A stretch of 56,434 bases of DNA, filler included, from Stramenopiles sp. TOSAG23-2 (Eukaryota), in assembly GCA_900128395.1 (NCBI GenBank). It is 4 parts of 4 records of this genome, joined end to end, with 100 filler letters (N's around TTAATTAATTAA, not from the genome) between each part and the next. Parts side by side here need not be neighbours in the genome. Positions count along the whole stretch, not along the records: positions 1 to 14,076 come from LT649772.1; 3 more parts are not named here. One strand, given 5' to 3'. The notes under the pieces are model-generated. The model worked only from the letters and a program-made list of their open reading frames with translations. It was not told the origin of the DNA and did no database searches. Positions 1-12,600 of the stretch are shown here, in pieces; position 1 is the stretch's first letter; every line of letters begins with the position of its first letter. The translations under genes and the position numbers were made by a program.

Positions 1-645
1 CACCATCCATCATCCTAATATTTTTTACTGTTATGTATATGTATATAATATATATATGTATTATATAGACACTAGACAGCGCGTATAGTAAATCTTTTGA
101 CTACTTGCTATCTTTTGTTATCTTATTATTGAGATGAAGAAGATGGTTTATGTATATATATGTGTGTGTACATGAATAAATAATATATGTGCATATTGTA
201 TTTTCATGTTTATTTTTTTACGTCATTTTTTTTTTTTTAAAAACATGATGGAGGAGCAGTTACGATATATTTGAGACACCGTGTCCGTGTGCGGAAGGCC
301 TTTAATTAAGGATGATTACGTATCATCTTTTTTTGTCGTCCCTATGTTGGGCAATGGGCTGGTCCATTGTATTTACCTGCTAGTCATCAGCAGCCGTAAG
401 CAAGCAAGCGATAAAGGCGTTCAAGTTGAGAAAAAATATTATTATGAATTTATTATTGAGTTGTTTTTTGTTGGTGCTTAGCGTTATTAAAATCTATAGA
501 GCTTTTAATCCGATATTATTAATATTAATAGATAAATAATATATAAGTTAGAAGAATTCGGTTGAGTCTCGTCTATGTCGTCTACGTATAATACATATAT
601 ATAATAGAACAACATAAACAACTCTTCCGTTATATAATAACAAAT

Positions 646-3600
646 ATGTCATATGTAAAAAAACACCAAAAAAAATATGGTAGGCAAGATAGCAAAGTAA
701 ATTTACCACCGCCACCTTTACCTGGACCACCACCACCACCACCTACCATGGAAGAAGAAAGTGATAACGAAGAAGAAAAAGCTTTACCTTTACCGTCAAT
801 TATCAACAACAATAAAAATAGTAATAATAATAGCATAGGAACACCTAGTGGTAAAAAACGGAAGCAACGACGAGCTTCTCGAATGGGCTATGGTAGAGTT
901 ATGGAGGCATCGTTAGATGATATAGCAAAAGCGTCTCTTGCACGAAATAGAACAGCATCGCAGGCAAGCCGTCATATGTTAAACCAAAAAACAGCAGATA
1001 TTATTGTTGAAAAATCAACAGTTGGAAGCAATGATAAGGTGGCACCTGGAAATACACCTATTATCCAGGAAGATGACGATGATAACGCATCATATGCACC
1101 AAATAAATATTATTGGGTCTCACATGAATCTGAAGGCTACGTCGCTGCTGAAAAAATTGATGAAATGAAATATGTTAGCCTTGAAAAAGGCGTAGATTTA
1201 CCATCAGAGCCTGAAATTTTTGCTCCTTTATCCCGTGTGAAGATTTTAACAAAAGAATATGATAATATGGTACACATGGATGATGTAAATGAAGCTTCGA
1301 TTCTGTATAATTTAAAAATACGATATAAAGAGGACAAGTTTATGACAAATGTTGGTAGCATTTTAGTTTCATTAAATCCATTTAAAAACTTAGATTATTT
1401 GTATACAGAAGGTGAAGTATTTAAATATCATAGATGGAAACTTGGTGACCAGGAATTAGCACCACATATTTATCAAATAGCAAGTAGAGCATATACATTA
1501 ATGCAAGATAGTAGGCAAAATCAAGGCATAATCATTAGTGGCGAGAGTGGTGCTGGAAAAACTGTCGCGACGAAGAAATGCTTACAATATTTATCAACAG
1601 TCGCTGGTGCCGGAAGCGATTTAGCAGATAAAATTCTACAAGCGAATCCAATATTAGAAGCATTTGGTAACGCTAAAACTGTACGGAACAATAACTCCAG
1701 TCGATTTGGTAAATGGATAGAAGTTTTATTTGGACAGAAATCTTTCCAAATTATAGGCGCTAGAATTACAAATTACTTATTAGAAAAACCTCGTTTAGTG
1801 AAACAAGCTGCAACTGAGCGAAACTATCATATATTTTATCAAATTTTTCATGACAAGCACTTAACTAGAAAATTGAAGTTAAAAAGTGCTCGAGACTATA
1901 GATTAATAACACAAAGTGGCTGTTTGACGGTGAAAGGAATTGATGATAAGTTTGATTTTGAAGTTGTTACTCAAGCAATGAAGGAAGAGTTCCGATTTCC
2001 AGAAAATACTCGTGATAGTATCTTTTCCATAATTGCAGCTATTTTACATTTAGGTAATGTAGCATTTGAAGACGATGACCTTGGTACCGGGTATGCACAA
2101 ATTTCTACTACTGATGAAAGTAAAGCTGGATTGACAACTGCTGCAGAATTATTGAAAGTTAATGATTTGTTATTAGGAAAAAATTTATTAATTCAAGAAT
2201 TAAATATTCGTGGCGATAAAACAGCAAAACAACTTGATGCATATGCTGCTTCTAAATTAAGAGACTCTTTAATTAAAGCAATTTACGGAAAAATGTTCCT
2301 TTGGATAGTGCAAGAAATTAATTTATCGATGTCGATGGACAACAATAAAGGTGATAGTAATAGTAGAAGATACCAAAATTCAGCAGTTTGTATTGGTATA
2401 TTAGATATTTTTGGATTTGAAATATTTGAACATAATAGTTTCGAACAGCTTTGTATAAATTTTGCTAATGAAAAACTACAACAGCATTTCAATCGTGCCA
2501 CTTTTAAAGACGAAGAAGCATTGTATAATTCAGAAAATATTGTTGTCCCACCTGTATCGTTTGTAGATAATCAAGATTTGATAGATCTAATTGAAAAATC
2601 AAGTAAGCAAAATCCTGGTCTCTTGGTGCTTTTAGACGAAGAGTTAAATTTAATCGGTGCTGGTAGCGATGCCAACTTTTTAAAAAAAGCAAATAAAGTT
2701 CATGCTGCGAATTCCAGACTGCGAATCAATGTGGTTGGTGGCGGATTGAATAGAGGTCGGAAGCGTACTGGTAGTGTGGGATCAAAAATGCAAGAGAACG
2801 AATTTTTAGTCAATCATTATGCTGGTGTTGTGAAGTATGATGTAACAGGATTTTTGGATAAAAATAAAGATCAATTAGTGACAAATTTAAAAGAAGTTAT
2901 GCAAACATCAGAGGATTCTTTTATTCGCGATGTACTTTTCTCTGTTGATTTAAGCAATAACAATAATTATTCACGTATTAGAACAAAAAAAGAATCGCAA
3001 GGTCGCCAATTTCGTAAACAGTTAAAAAGTTTGATGTCTACTTTAAATTCTAGTCAACCACATTACATACGTTGTATCAAGCCAAATCAAGAGAAACGAG
3101 CAAATATGTTTCGTGCAATCACAACTTTGGAACAATTACGTTACTCGGGTCTTTTTGAAGCTGTAAAAATTCGTAAGCAAGGATATCCATTTAGACTAAA
3201 ACATATACATTTTTATCAACGTTATTTCGTATTAGCAACAAAACAAGCAAAAGGCCATGATACGAAAGGCGTGAATGATAAGGAAAAGTGCAAGAATCTG
3301 GTGCGTATATTGGCGTTAGATAACAAAACAATACGCAATTGTCAAGTGGGGAAAACGATGATGTTTTATCGTCCAGAACAAAATGTTATATTGGAAGTGT
3401 TAAGAACAAAGCATGTTAAGGAGAAAACACTTTTAATGCAGCGTGTTTCTCGAGGCTATTTATCACGCAGATACGTGAAAAGAATTAAAGATTGCAATAA
3501 AATGTTACGTAATGCAATCAATGGAGATAATATTACGGATTTACAAGAATCTATCTCAGAAACGAGAATTACTGGCTTTTTTTGGTTGCCACTTTTAGCA

Positions 3601-6600
3601 AAGGCGAATAAGCGTTTACAGCATTTACAGGATGTTGAGAAGGTAAACCGTGCATTGTCGACCTTACAATCGTTAGATCCAATTAATGATTTTAAAGAGA
3701 TGAGAGACGTTGTTGATACTGCTGATCGCCTTGGCATGGATAACAAAAAGTTAGCAGATGCGAGAAAGCGATTGAACGCAGTCCGGGATATGATTGAAAC
3801 GAAAGAGAAATTAGAACAAGGGATTCAAGAATTAAATAAAGTAATGTTGTTGGAAGCATTAGAAAAATGCAAGGAAGTTCGTGCGGAAGAGCCAACATTT
3901 TGCAATCATGAAATTGGCGAGGCGAAAAAAGCATTAAAAACTATCGAGGAAGAGGAAAATGCTTATGCAAAAATAATCCTAGCGCTAAAAGATGGAAGCG
4001 CCTCTATTACGGATTTAGGCAAATTTAGCATTGGCACAATACGTACAAAAAAAATCCAAACAAGTCTAAACGCATGCAACGATAGAATATTTAAAACAAA
4101 AAGAGGACAAAACGTATTGAAAAGCGGCGAAACAATTTTTCATATTCGTTCCGCTATGGTATTAAATGAATGGGTCACAGTTGAGAAATACTTAGATTCA
4201 ACTGAATCTGATGGAGAGACGTTTATCATTCCAGAAGCACAGAAGGAGATTAGTTTTGTTTTGGAAGAATGTAATAGTCGCAAAGTGATTGAAATGTGCA
4301 AAACTGTTCTCATCGAAAATCGAATTCGAGGCAGCTTTGGATATATAAATGTCCATGAATGTAGCATTTCTGAAATGGAAACAAAATTAGACGAAATGTT
4401 GGAAACCAATTGTCGCACAGTAGATTGCAAAAGATGGATGAATCTGTTTAAAGCATTACTTGCGATTAGGAAAAACGTTGTTGTCCACGATTGGGATAGT
4501 ATGGTATCAAAAATCTCATTAATAGATAAAGAAGATCAGGAGATTTTAGACTCGCTTTTACTGGAGGAATTGAATTTGATTCGCGATGAAGCCATCAATC
4601 GTGCTATTATTACGACATTATCAGCTGGCCTTAGTAATGGTAGGATCGAAGGCTTTGTTGGCCGTTTAGATTTATCACATATTTCTGTTGCCTCTTTAAA
4701 TGATGGTTTAAACATGGTAAATGATGGAATGAGACTTTTAGAAACGGTCCAAACGATGGTATATACTGCGAAATTTGTTAAAGATATTAGAAATTCTATA
4801 GCGAATAATTCGTGGGAGAAAATTCAAGTGCAACTTGAATCATATTTGAACAATAAAACTTTATTTTATGATTTCGCGTGTGATGAAATAGATTTGGTGG
4901 TGGATGAATCTAATAATAGAAAAATACTGGAAGCATTGCGACGAGGAATTTCGGTAGGCAAGATTACAGGTAATGTCGATAACATCAATTATGACAAAAT
5001 AAATGATGATCTGCTAAATGACAGCATTGTAATGGCAACAAAAATCGGATGCAAAGCTGGTACGACGATCGAGTTGCTTGAAATGTGTGAATTACTTCGA
5101 GATGTGAGACGGTTGTTAAAATCCAAAAAGTTCGATAATTTGCTAAGATTGGATGAAACAAAGACAGTACAAGTGAGTGATGAAGGCGTTAAATTTGAAA
5201 TAGTGTTGGCTGTAAAAGAGAGCAATAACCAGCGGCTTTTGAAATTGTTAAAGATATCATTAGTCGAAGGCCACTTGCCAGGACAATTAGGCAACGAGGA
5301 AAATTTTAATTTTATCAAGACAAAAAAATTAGAAGATGCTGTTCAAGAGGCAAGTAAATTTAATTTTGCTAGTGACAACCTTGTAAAACGATATCGTTCC
5401 GGGGTGACAGTTTTGAAATTGAGAAAGGCGCTGAAGGATCAGGATTGGGAAAATGTTATTGCTTTGCTAAGGGGTATAGATAAAAAGAAAGTTGATGAAA
5501 TTTGTATAGAAGAAATTCAACGTGCCCAGGATGAATATGAAAACTGGCAAATAATTGATGCATGTATGAACGCAATTGAAGAGGGTAAAGTTACAGGAAC
5601 AATAAATGAGCCAAATACTAAAGATGTGCAAACGGACAAAATCCATGTAGCATTGAGTCGCACTAGAGAAATGGCGAGAAATACTAAGAATGCAACGGCT
5701 TGGACAACTGCGTGCGAAATTCTTGGTATATTACGCGACTCTTTAGTCACGCAAAATTTTAAGAGGTTGGAAGAAAAAGTGGATAATATTCAATATGATT
5801 CTTTACCGGCAGAAGCTGTAACTGAAATTAAATTAATCGAACATGTTGTGCGTGATAATAAAGCATTTACATCGCTAAGGGATGGCATTTTATCTGGTCG
5901 CATAAACGGCCAAGTAGGCCATATTAGCAGAGAAGGGATTCGATATGCTGCGTTAGAATCTGCAATTGCACATGCTGGGGGAGTACCAACTTTAACAACG
6001 AGGACATCAAAACTTTTGGCATACTCAGATTTGATTGTTAAAGCAAGGAAGGCTGTGAAATACAATGCCGTGAACGATTATGAATTTATCATACATTGCG
6101 CACAGCCAGAACTGGAAAATGTCGTGGATTTTGCTTTTTCAATTTCAAATGAAATGGATCTTGCAAAGAAAGAATGTTTAAATAATTTAGTCGTTGTTAC
6201 ATTTGTAAAAGAATTGTCATCTGGAAAAATTAGTGTTGACAATGATAAGCCTATCATAAACAACATTTTATTTGAAAAATTGGAAGAAAAAGTATTGTGG
6301 GCGAGCAAGCTTACATTGGTAAATCCAGACGCTGCAAACTTAGTATCAGCAGCAAACATTGTGTGTTCTATGCGAAAAATGGTAAAAATAAATACCCCGG
6401 AAAGTCTCGCTGAGCTTGGTAATATGCTAAAAAGATTTCAAGAACGAGAAATTCCTCGGGAAGTAGATGAAGAAGTATATACGACTAGAGATATCTACAA
6501 CAACTTCAAAATTGTAACAACTTTTGAGGCTGCCTTAAGTACCGGGATGGCTACTGGGGAAACGGGTTCCTTGGACTTGGGGGCGATAGAAGTTGGCAAA

Positions 6601-9600
6601 ATTGATGAGGCTATTGAAATGGCCACTGGCTTAAAATGCACCACTTCAAGGGCTCAAGCTTTGTTAAAAGCGGCATCGGTTGTACAAAGCATTAGGCTCG
6701 CATTGAAATATATGGAATGGGAAGCGTTGTCTACAATGTTAAAAGAAATAGATTATGAAAATATAATTGATGATATAGCTGAGGAAGTTGCCACAGCAAA
6801 AGACGAATCGAACAATTATGTTGTAATAAATGAATTAGAAACTTCCATTCGTAGCACACAAGTCAGTGGTCAAATTGGTTACTTGGATACTTCAAAAATC
6901 AATTTAATTGAGTTGAGTAAAGCGGTTTCTTTAGCAAATAGACTTGGCTGCAAAACTGAAAAGGCTAAGCGAGCAGAACACACCGCACAATATGCGATGG
7001 AAGTACGTGAATACGTCTTAGATGGGGATTGGGTCTCCACGAGAACTCTAGTAGACAAATATGAAGAGCTAAATATATCAAAGATTATGGCAGATGAGAT
7101 CCGTCTATTACGAGATGAATGTGATAACAGGACAATTATTTTGGAGCTTGCAACAGCTGTATCACATGGATGCATTATGGGTATCCCTGGAGATATTGAT
7201 TTATCAGAAGTGGATGCGGCAGTCGTGTCAGATGCAATTAAAACAGTGGAAAAAATTGGTTGCAAAAGTCAAGATGCAACGGATATGTTTAAAACAGCAA
7301 AATTTGTGTGCCAATTGCGAACGTATGCATCGGCTGGACAATGGACTGAAATTTACGACTTTGTAAACACAAAATTATACGAAAGCGAGTTTCAGCCGCA
7401 TGCTTTTGCAATCGAAGAAATAGAACTAGCTCAGAGCGAAGCGGTTGACGTCTCTGTTTCATACCACCTCGAAAATGGAATTAAACGCGGAAGGCTTGAG
7501 CTAAAAAATGGTATATTTAATCTAAATCGTGTTGCAACCGGTATGTTAGAATCTGCAATTGCATATGCACAAGAGTCGGAATGTAACAGCGAACGGGTAA
7601 GGAAGCTACAAAAAGATGCAACAACTATTGTAAATTTACGAAAAGCTATAATTGAGCGCAACTACACAGAACTTGAGTCGGCAATTGGCAATCCTCAAAA
7701 CAGGCCACAGGAAGGCGATGTCGTTTTTGAAGAATACAATTACTGTAAATCTTATTTGGACAATTTTAATTTTAAAAATAATGTTGAAGATGCTCTAACG
7801 ACTACGAAAGTCCTTGGATCAGTTGGCGATATTATTTTTCCAAAAAGTTATCAAAATCTAGTTGAATTTATTACCTTTGGCAAAAATATCATTAAAAATC
7901 TTACTAATTCAAACAAGTTGCTATTGGAAGTTTCTGAAATCATGTCAAATATTCGTATTTCTGCTATATCGAATCAATGGGAAGAAGTTGAAAAATTAGT
8001 GAAGAAACAAATAATGAATAATAAAATGGAAAAATATAAAGATGAACTAGATTTATTAAGCGCTGAAGCAAAAAACCGGAAAGTGGTCATACGTTTAAGT
8101 GATGCATTAACTCAAGACATGGCGGTAGGTACGTTAGATAATATCGATTTATCATCAGTATCGACACGTTATCTGGGCGAAGCAATTGATTTTGCGACGA
8201 CGCATGAAAGTTTAACACCTGCGGCAAAGTTGTTACTGTCCTCTGCCGAATACATAAAAGAATTGAGAACTTCTCTGATGAATGCAGAACCAAATTGGAA
8301 AGAAGTTAGGGATATTTTACTAAAAATCAAAGCTGGAAGTGTTGCTAATATTGTTGACGAAGAAGTTGAATTTGTATCAAAAGTTGCAGAGGATGGATAT
8401 ATACTTGCAGTCTTGAATGAATCATATCAAACTGGAAAAGTTACCGGAAAAGTAACAGATGTAAGTTTTGCAAATGTTACTGTTGATTCAATTGATAAAG
8501 CGCTGAAGAAAGTAAACCCATTGGTATGCAACACAAAACATGCAAAACAAAATGTTCTGATTGCGTCATTAATTAAACGTTTACGAATTGCAGTCAATGA
8601 TAACCACTTAGATGTTATGGATGCGTTGATAAAAGAAGGGCAGACATTGAAAGAATTTTTTTCAGATAATGTTTGGGATGAGGTTGGGTTTGTGGGCGAT
8701 ATTGTAAGGCATCGTAAAATTGTCCAAATTTTAGCAGACGGTGTAGTGAAAGGACGCGTTACGGGAGAAGTAGGAAAAATTAATTATCACGATATACATG
8801 TCACGTCGATTGACAATTGTATTTTCCAGGCTCAGGAGGTTGGATATGTTACTGAAGAAGCACAGAAACTTCTGATTGCCACAGAAGCATTAAGGCGATT
8901 AAGATTAGAGCTGAAGGGTAAGCAGTGGCTAGTCTTGCAACAAACGTTGCAACTTGTTTATGAAACAGGAGTTCCCACAGTACTACAACCAGAAGTACAG
9001 TTAATCAAAGATGAATGTGATGATGCCCTTATGAGTGCCGAACTTATTGAAAGCATGACCGAAGGTGAGCCTGTTGGCACTGTTGGAAACTTTGATGCAA
9101 GTGGTATAAATCCAAAAATTATCGAGACCGCAATTATAAACGCGAAAAAAATTAAACCAAAAACCCTTGCAACGCAAAGATTGTTAAAGACGGCCTTGGT
9201 GTTGTTTGCTGTTAGAACGCAAATGGTTGCTAAAGAATATGCAAAGGTGGATGAGATATTAAAACTTACAGATATGGATGAAATATCTGACATAGTTGAT
9301 GATGAAATTAATTTCTATATAAAAGTAATTCAAAACTTCTTTATAATTAGAGATTTGTGCGATGCCATGTCGTCTGGAAAGCCAACCCGGACTGAAACAC
9401 GCCTTGATATTACAACCATAAGAACGAAACGGCTTGAACTTGCTGTGAAAGCTGCTGAGGAGTTTGAATTACATACCCCAGAAGCAGAGCATTATTTGAC
9501 AACATGTAAAGTTCTTTTGAATTTACGCGTGGCAGTTGTGAATAATGACTGGAAAGTCGTTGATCAGGTTTTAAAAGCGTCCAGAACAACCGATGTAGCA

Positions 9601-12600
9601 GATGAAATTTCTGAAGAACTACAGTGTATACAAGATCTAGCAGATGATAAAAATCTTGTGTTTGAGCTTCGAGATGTTTTGTCTGTAGGAATGGCTCAAG
9701 GTTCAGTTGGAGATATTGTTATAGACACAATCGACATAGCCAGTCTCGATATGGCAATTGCGCACGCTACAAAACTAGGCTGTAAAACAACCGAAGCAAA
9801 GATGTTACTGGACAGTGCTACACGTTTAAGAGGCATTCGTGCTGCTTGGAGGGTCTATTATCATGATGGGATTGGTGAATTAAGATCCATTTTGAAGGAT
9901 ATTGATATTAGCACTCTCGATCCATTGGTAAAAAATGAAATTTTACTTGCAAAAGATGAAGTAAATAATCATGATATATGTTTAAAACTTGAACAAGCAT
10001 TGATTACAAATAAGGTTCGTGGAGAAGTTGGGCAAATACGATTGAACGATGTATCGACGGATCAGTTAACAGATGCAATTGCTTTCACAAAGCGCAATGG
10101 TTGTAAAACAAAAAAGGCAACGTTGCTCTTCGAAACTGCGAAACTAATTCGTGGAGTTCGAATTGATATTTTAAATGACAACTGGGAGTCAATCGATTCA
10201 ATAGTACAATCTATATTGCAAGAAGAAAATGCGATCTCAGATGTTGCCAGAGAAGAATTTGATTTGATACAACAAGAAATATCTGAACGTAAAATTTGTA
10301 GCACACTTACAAAAGCGCTTTCAACTACACCATCAGGAGCTGATGATGATGCCAACATTGTGGAGCTGACAAAAGCGATTGAATTTTCCGAAAACATTGG
10401 CACCATATCTACGATGTCTCAACGATTGTTGAATGCTGCTAACTTTGTTCTAGATCTTCGATATGCATTTACAAATAGCGATTGGAGGAGAGTTGGACTG
10501 TTGCTGACAGGAATATCGATAAAATTACTACCAGATAATGTGCAACCTGAAGTATATCGAATTCGTGACAATTTATTAGAGCATACAGCAAGGCAAAAAG
10601 TAATTTCATCTTTGAAGGAAGGTGGGCTTTCTGGCAACGCGGACGATCTAGATTTGTCAACTATAAGCACAGATGGTTTAGACGTTTCTATAAGGTATAT
10701 AAACGCAATGTCAACTGAGTCAGAAAGTATCAAATACTTAGAGAAAATTGTAGTAGCAATGAGACGTTTGCGAAAGGCAACGTTGGAGCGTGATGTAGGT
10801 CAACAAGTCAATTGTATATCATACATAGATGCATTCATTGGGGCTTCCGAGAAATCGTGGGTAGCAGAGGAGATCAAGCTAACAAAGATATTAATGGAAA
10901 ATGAAGGAGCGTGTGAGGAAGTGTTAGCTGCGTTACGGGAAGGCGATGGTATAGGTGAACCAGGGGCATTGGACATGTCAACCATAAGCACAAAAGACTT
11001 ACATATTGCATTAGAGCATGCCAAAGAAATAGCTCATACTACGACTCGTACTTTAAATATTGTATCAAGCGGAACAAAAGTATTGAGACTTCGTGAAGCA
11101 TTTCGAATGGAACAATGGTACGATATCGATGAGTTTGGACGTGAGTCTGATGCTCAAGGTGGTGTTTTGTCTATGGAGGAAAAAGAATCCCTTGGTGTAG
11201 ATGATGCTGATAGAGTTCAAACAGAAATACAAGCTTTAATATCAGAAGTGCATATCAAGAAAGCAATCGTGTTGCTTCGAAATGCTATTATATATGGGCG
11301 TCCCAGTTTTGAAGGGGCTCACATTGATGTTGCATCAATAGATACAACTGCCATCGATGCTGCGTTAGAAAAAGCGGAACTTGCTGGAGTTAGAGCTGGA
11401 GAAGGGCAGCAATTAGTCGTTACTGCAAAATATATTAAGAAACTACGTTTAACGCTACTTGAGGGTCATTGGCCAAATGTTATTGCTACATTGGAGCAGA
11501 TTGACGAGATTGAAGCAAGCCCATTTGCTGCAGAGGAAATAAGCCAAGTAAGAGTATATGCACATTGGTATTCAAGCGTACGCGATGTTACGCTAGGGTT
11601 GGTAAATGCAATTGCAACGAAGAATCTTGAGAAGCTGAAGACTTTAATGCAACGTGCAGAGGTTTTAAGACTAGATCAAATGCCAGATGCAGACATTTCG
11701 TCCGTAATCATTCATGCCCGAACATTATTAGTAAAATTACAGAAATTAAACTATGAGCTAGAAGATTCTTTAGAAAAATCACCGGCACAAATGGGCATAT
11801 CACTTGATAAAGCTAGGAGGCTTTCTTATGCGATGTCATCCAATGCACAGCTAGTCTCGCAAAGACTTGTTAGTTTCCATGATTTAGAAGCTCGTGCAAA
11901 AATTGCAATCGACAATATTGAAGTAGAAGAGATGAAAGAATTGTTACAAATTGCAAATGCTAGACGTTTTTCTTTACCTTCCGAAAAAGAAATGAAAAAA
12001 ATGATATCCTTGCCGTCATCACAAATTTTACAATTGCAATTGCAGTTGTATGTATCGCAAAACGATGTAGATAAAATTGCTGCAACGACCATAAAAATCA
12101 AAGATTTGTATTTCAATGAAATAGGAAATGTAGACCGTGTCTTTGATGTTAATACGTATTCAAATTTGAGAAGAGATATCAATATTAATAACAATAATAT
12201 TGATGATGCCAACCACCACTTACTTTTTTCAAGGGAGCCAATGGAATCTTCATTGACTGTATTGGATGGGAAACATGGCATTGTTAGCCTACGAATGTTT
12301 AAATATGTTTTGGGATATATGGGTGATCGTCATTTTACACACCCTTTAACCGTGGCTGTGGAGGCAATTCAAACGGCTTATTTACACCCACCACTTCGAG
12401 ATGAATTATTTCTACAAATCATCAAACAATTAATTGGTAATCCGTCGACGATCTCCGTAAAACGTGGATGTGCAATGCTTTTTGCAACATTAAAAATGTT
12501 TCCACCATCTGAGGACTTAGAAAATTACCTTGAAATTTATTTACGTAAGAAAAAACTGAAAAGAATTTTGCAACAATTACATACTATTGTATATTTACGT

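Noticed and set aside
1137-12281. Numerous 60-150-aa antisense ORFs inside the myosin gene (and similar ones inside other genes)
   Set aside because: These are shadow ORFs caused by codon bias of the sense gene; most have non-ATG starts and no motifs.
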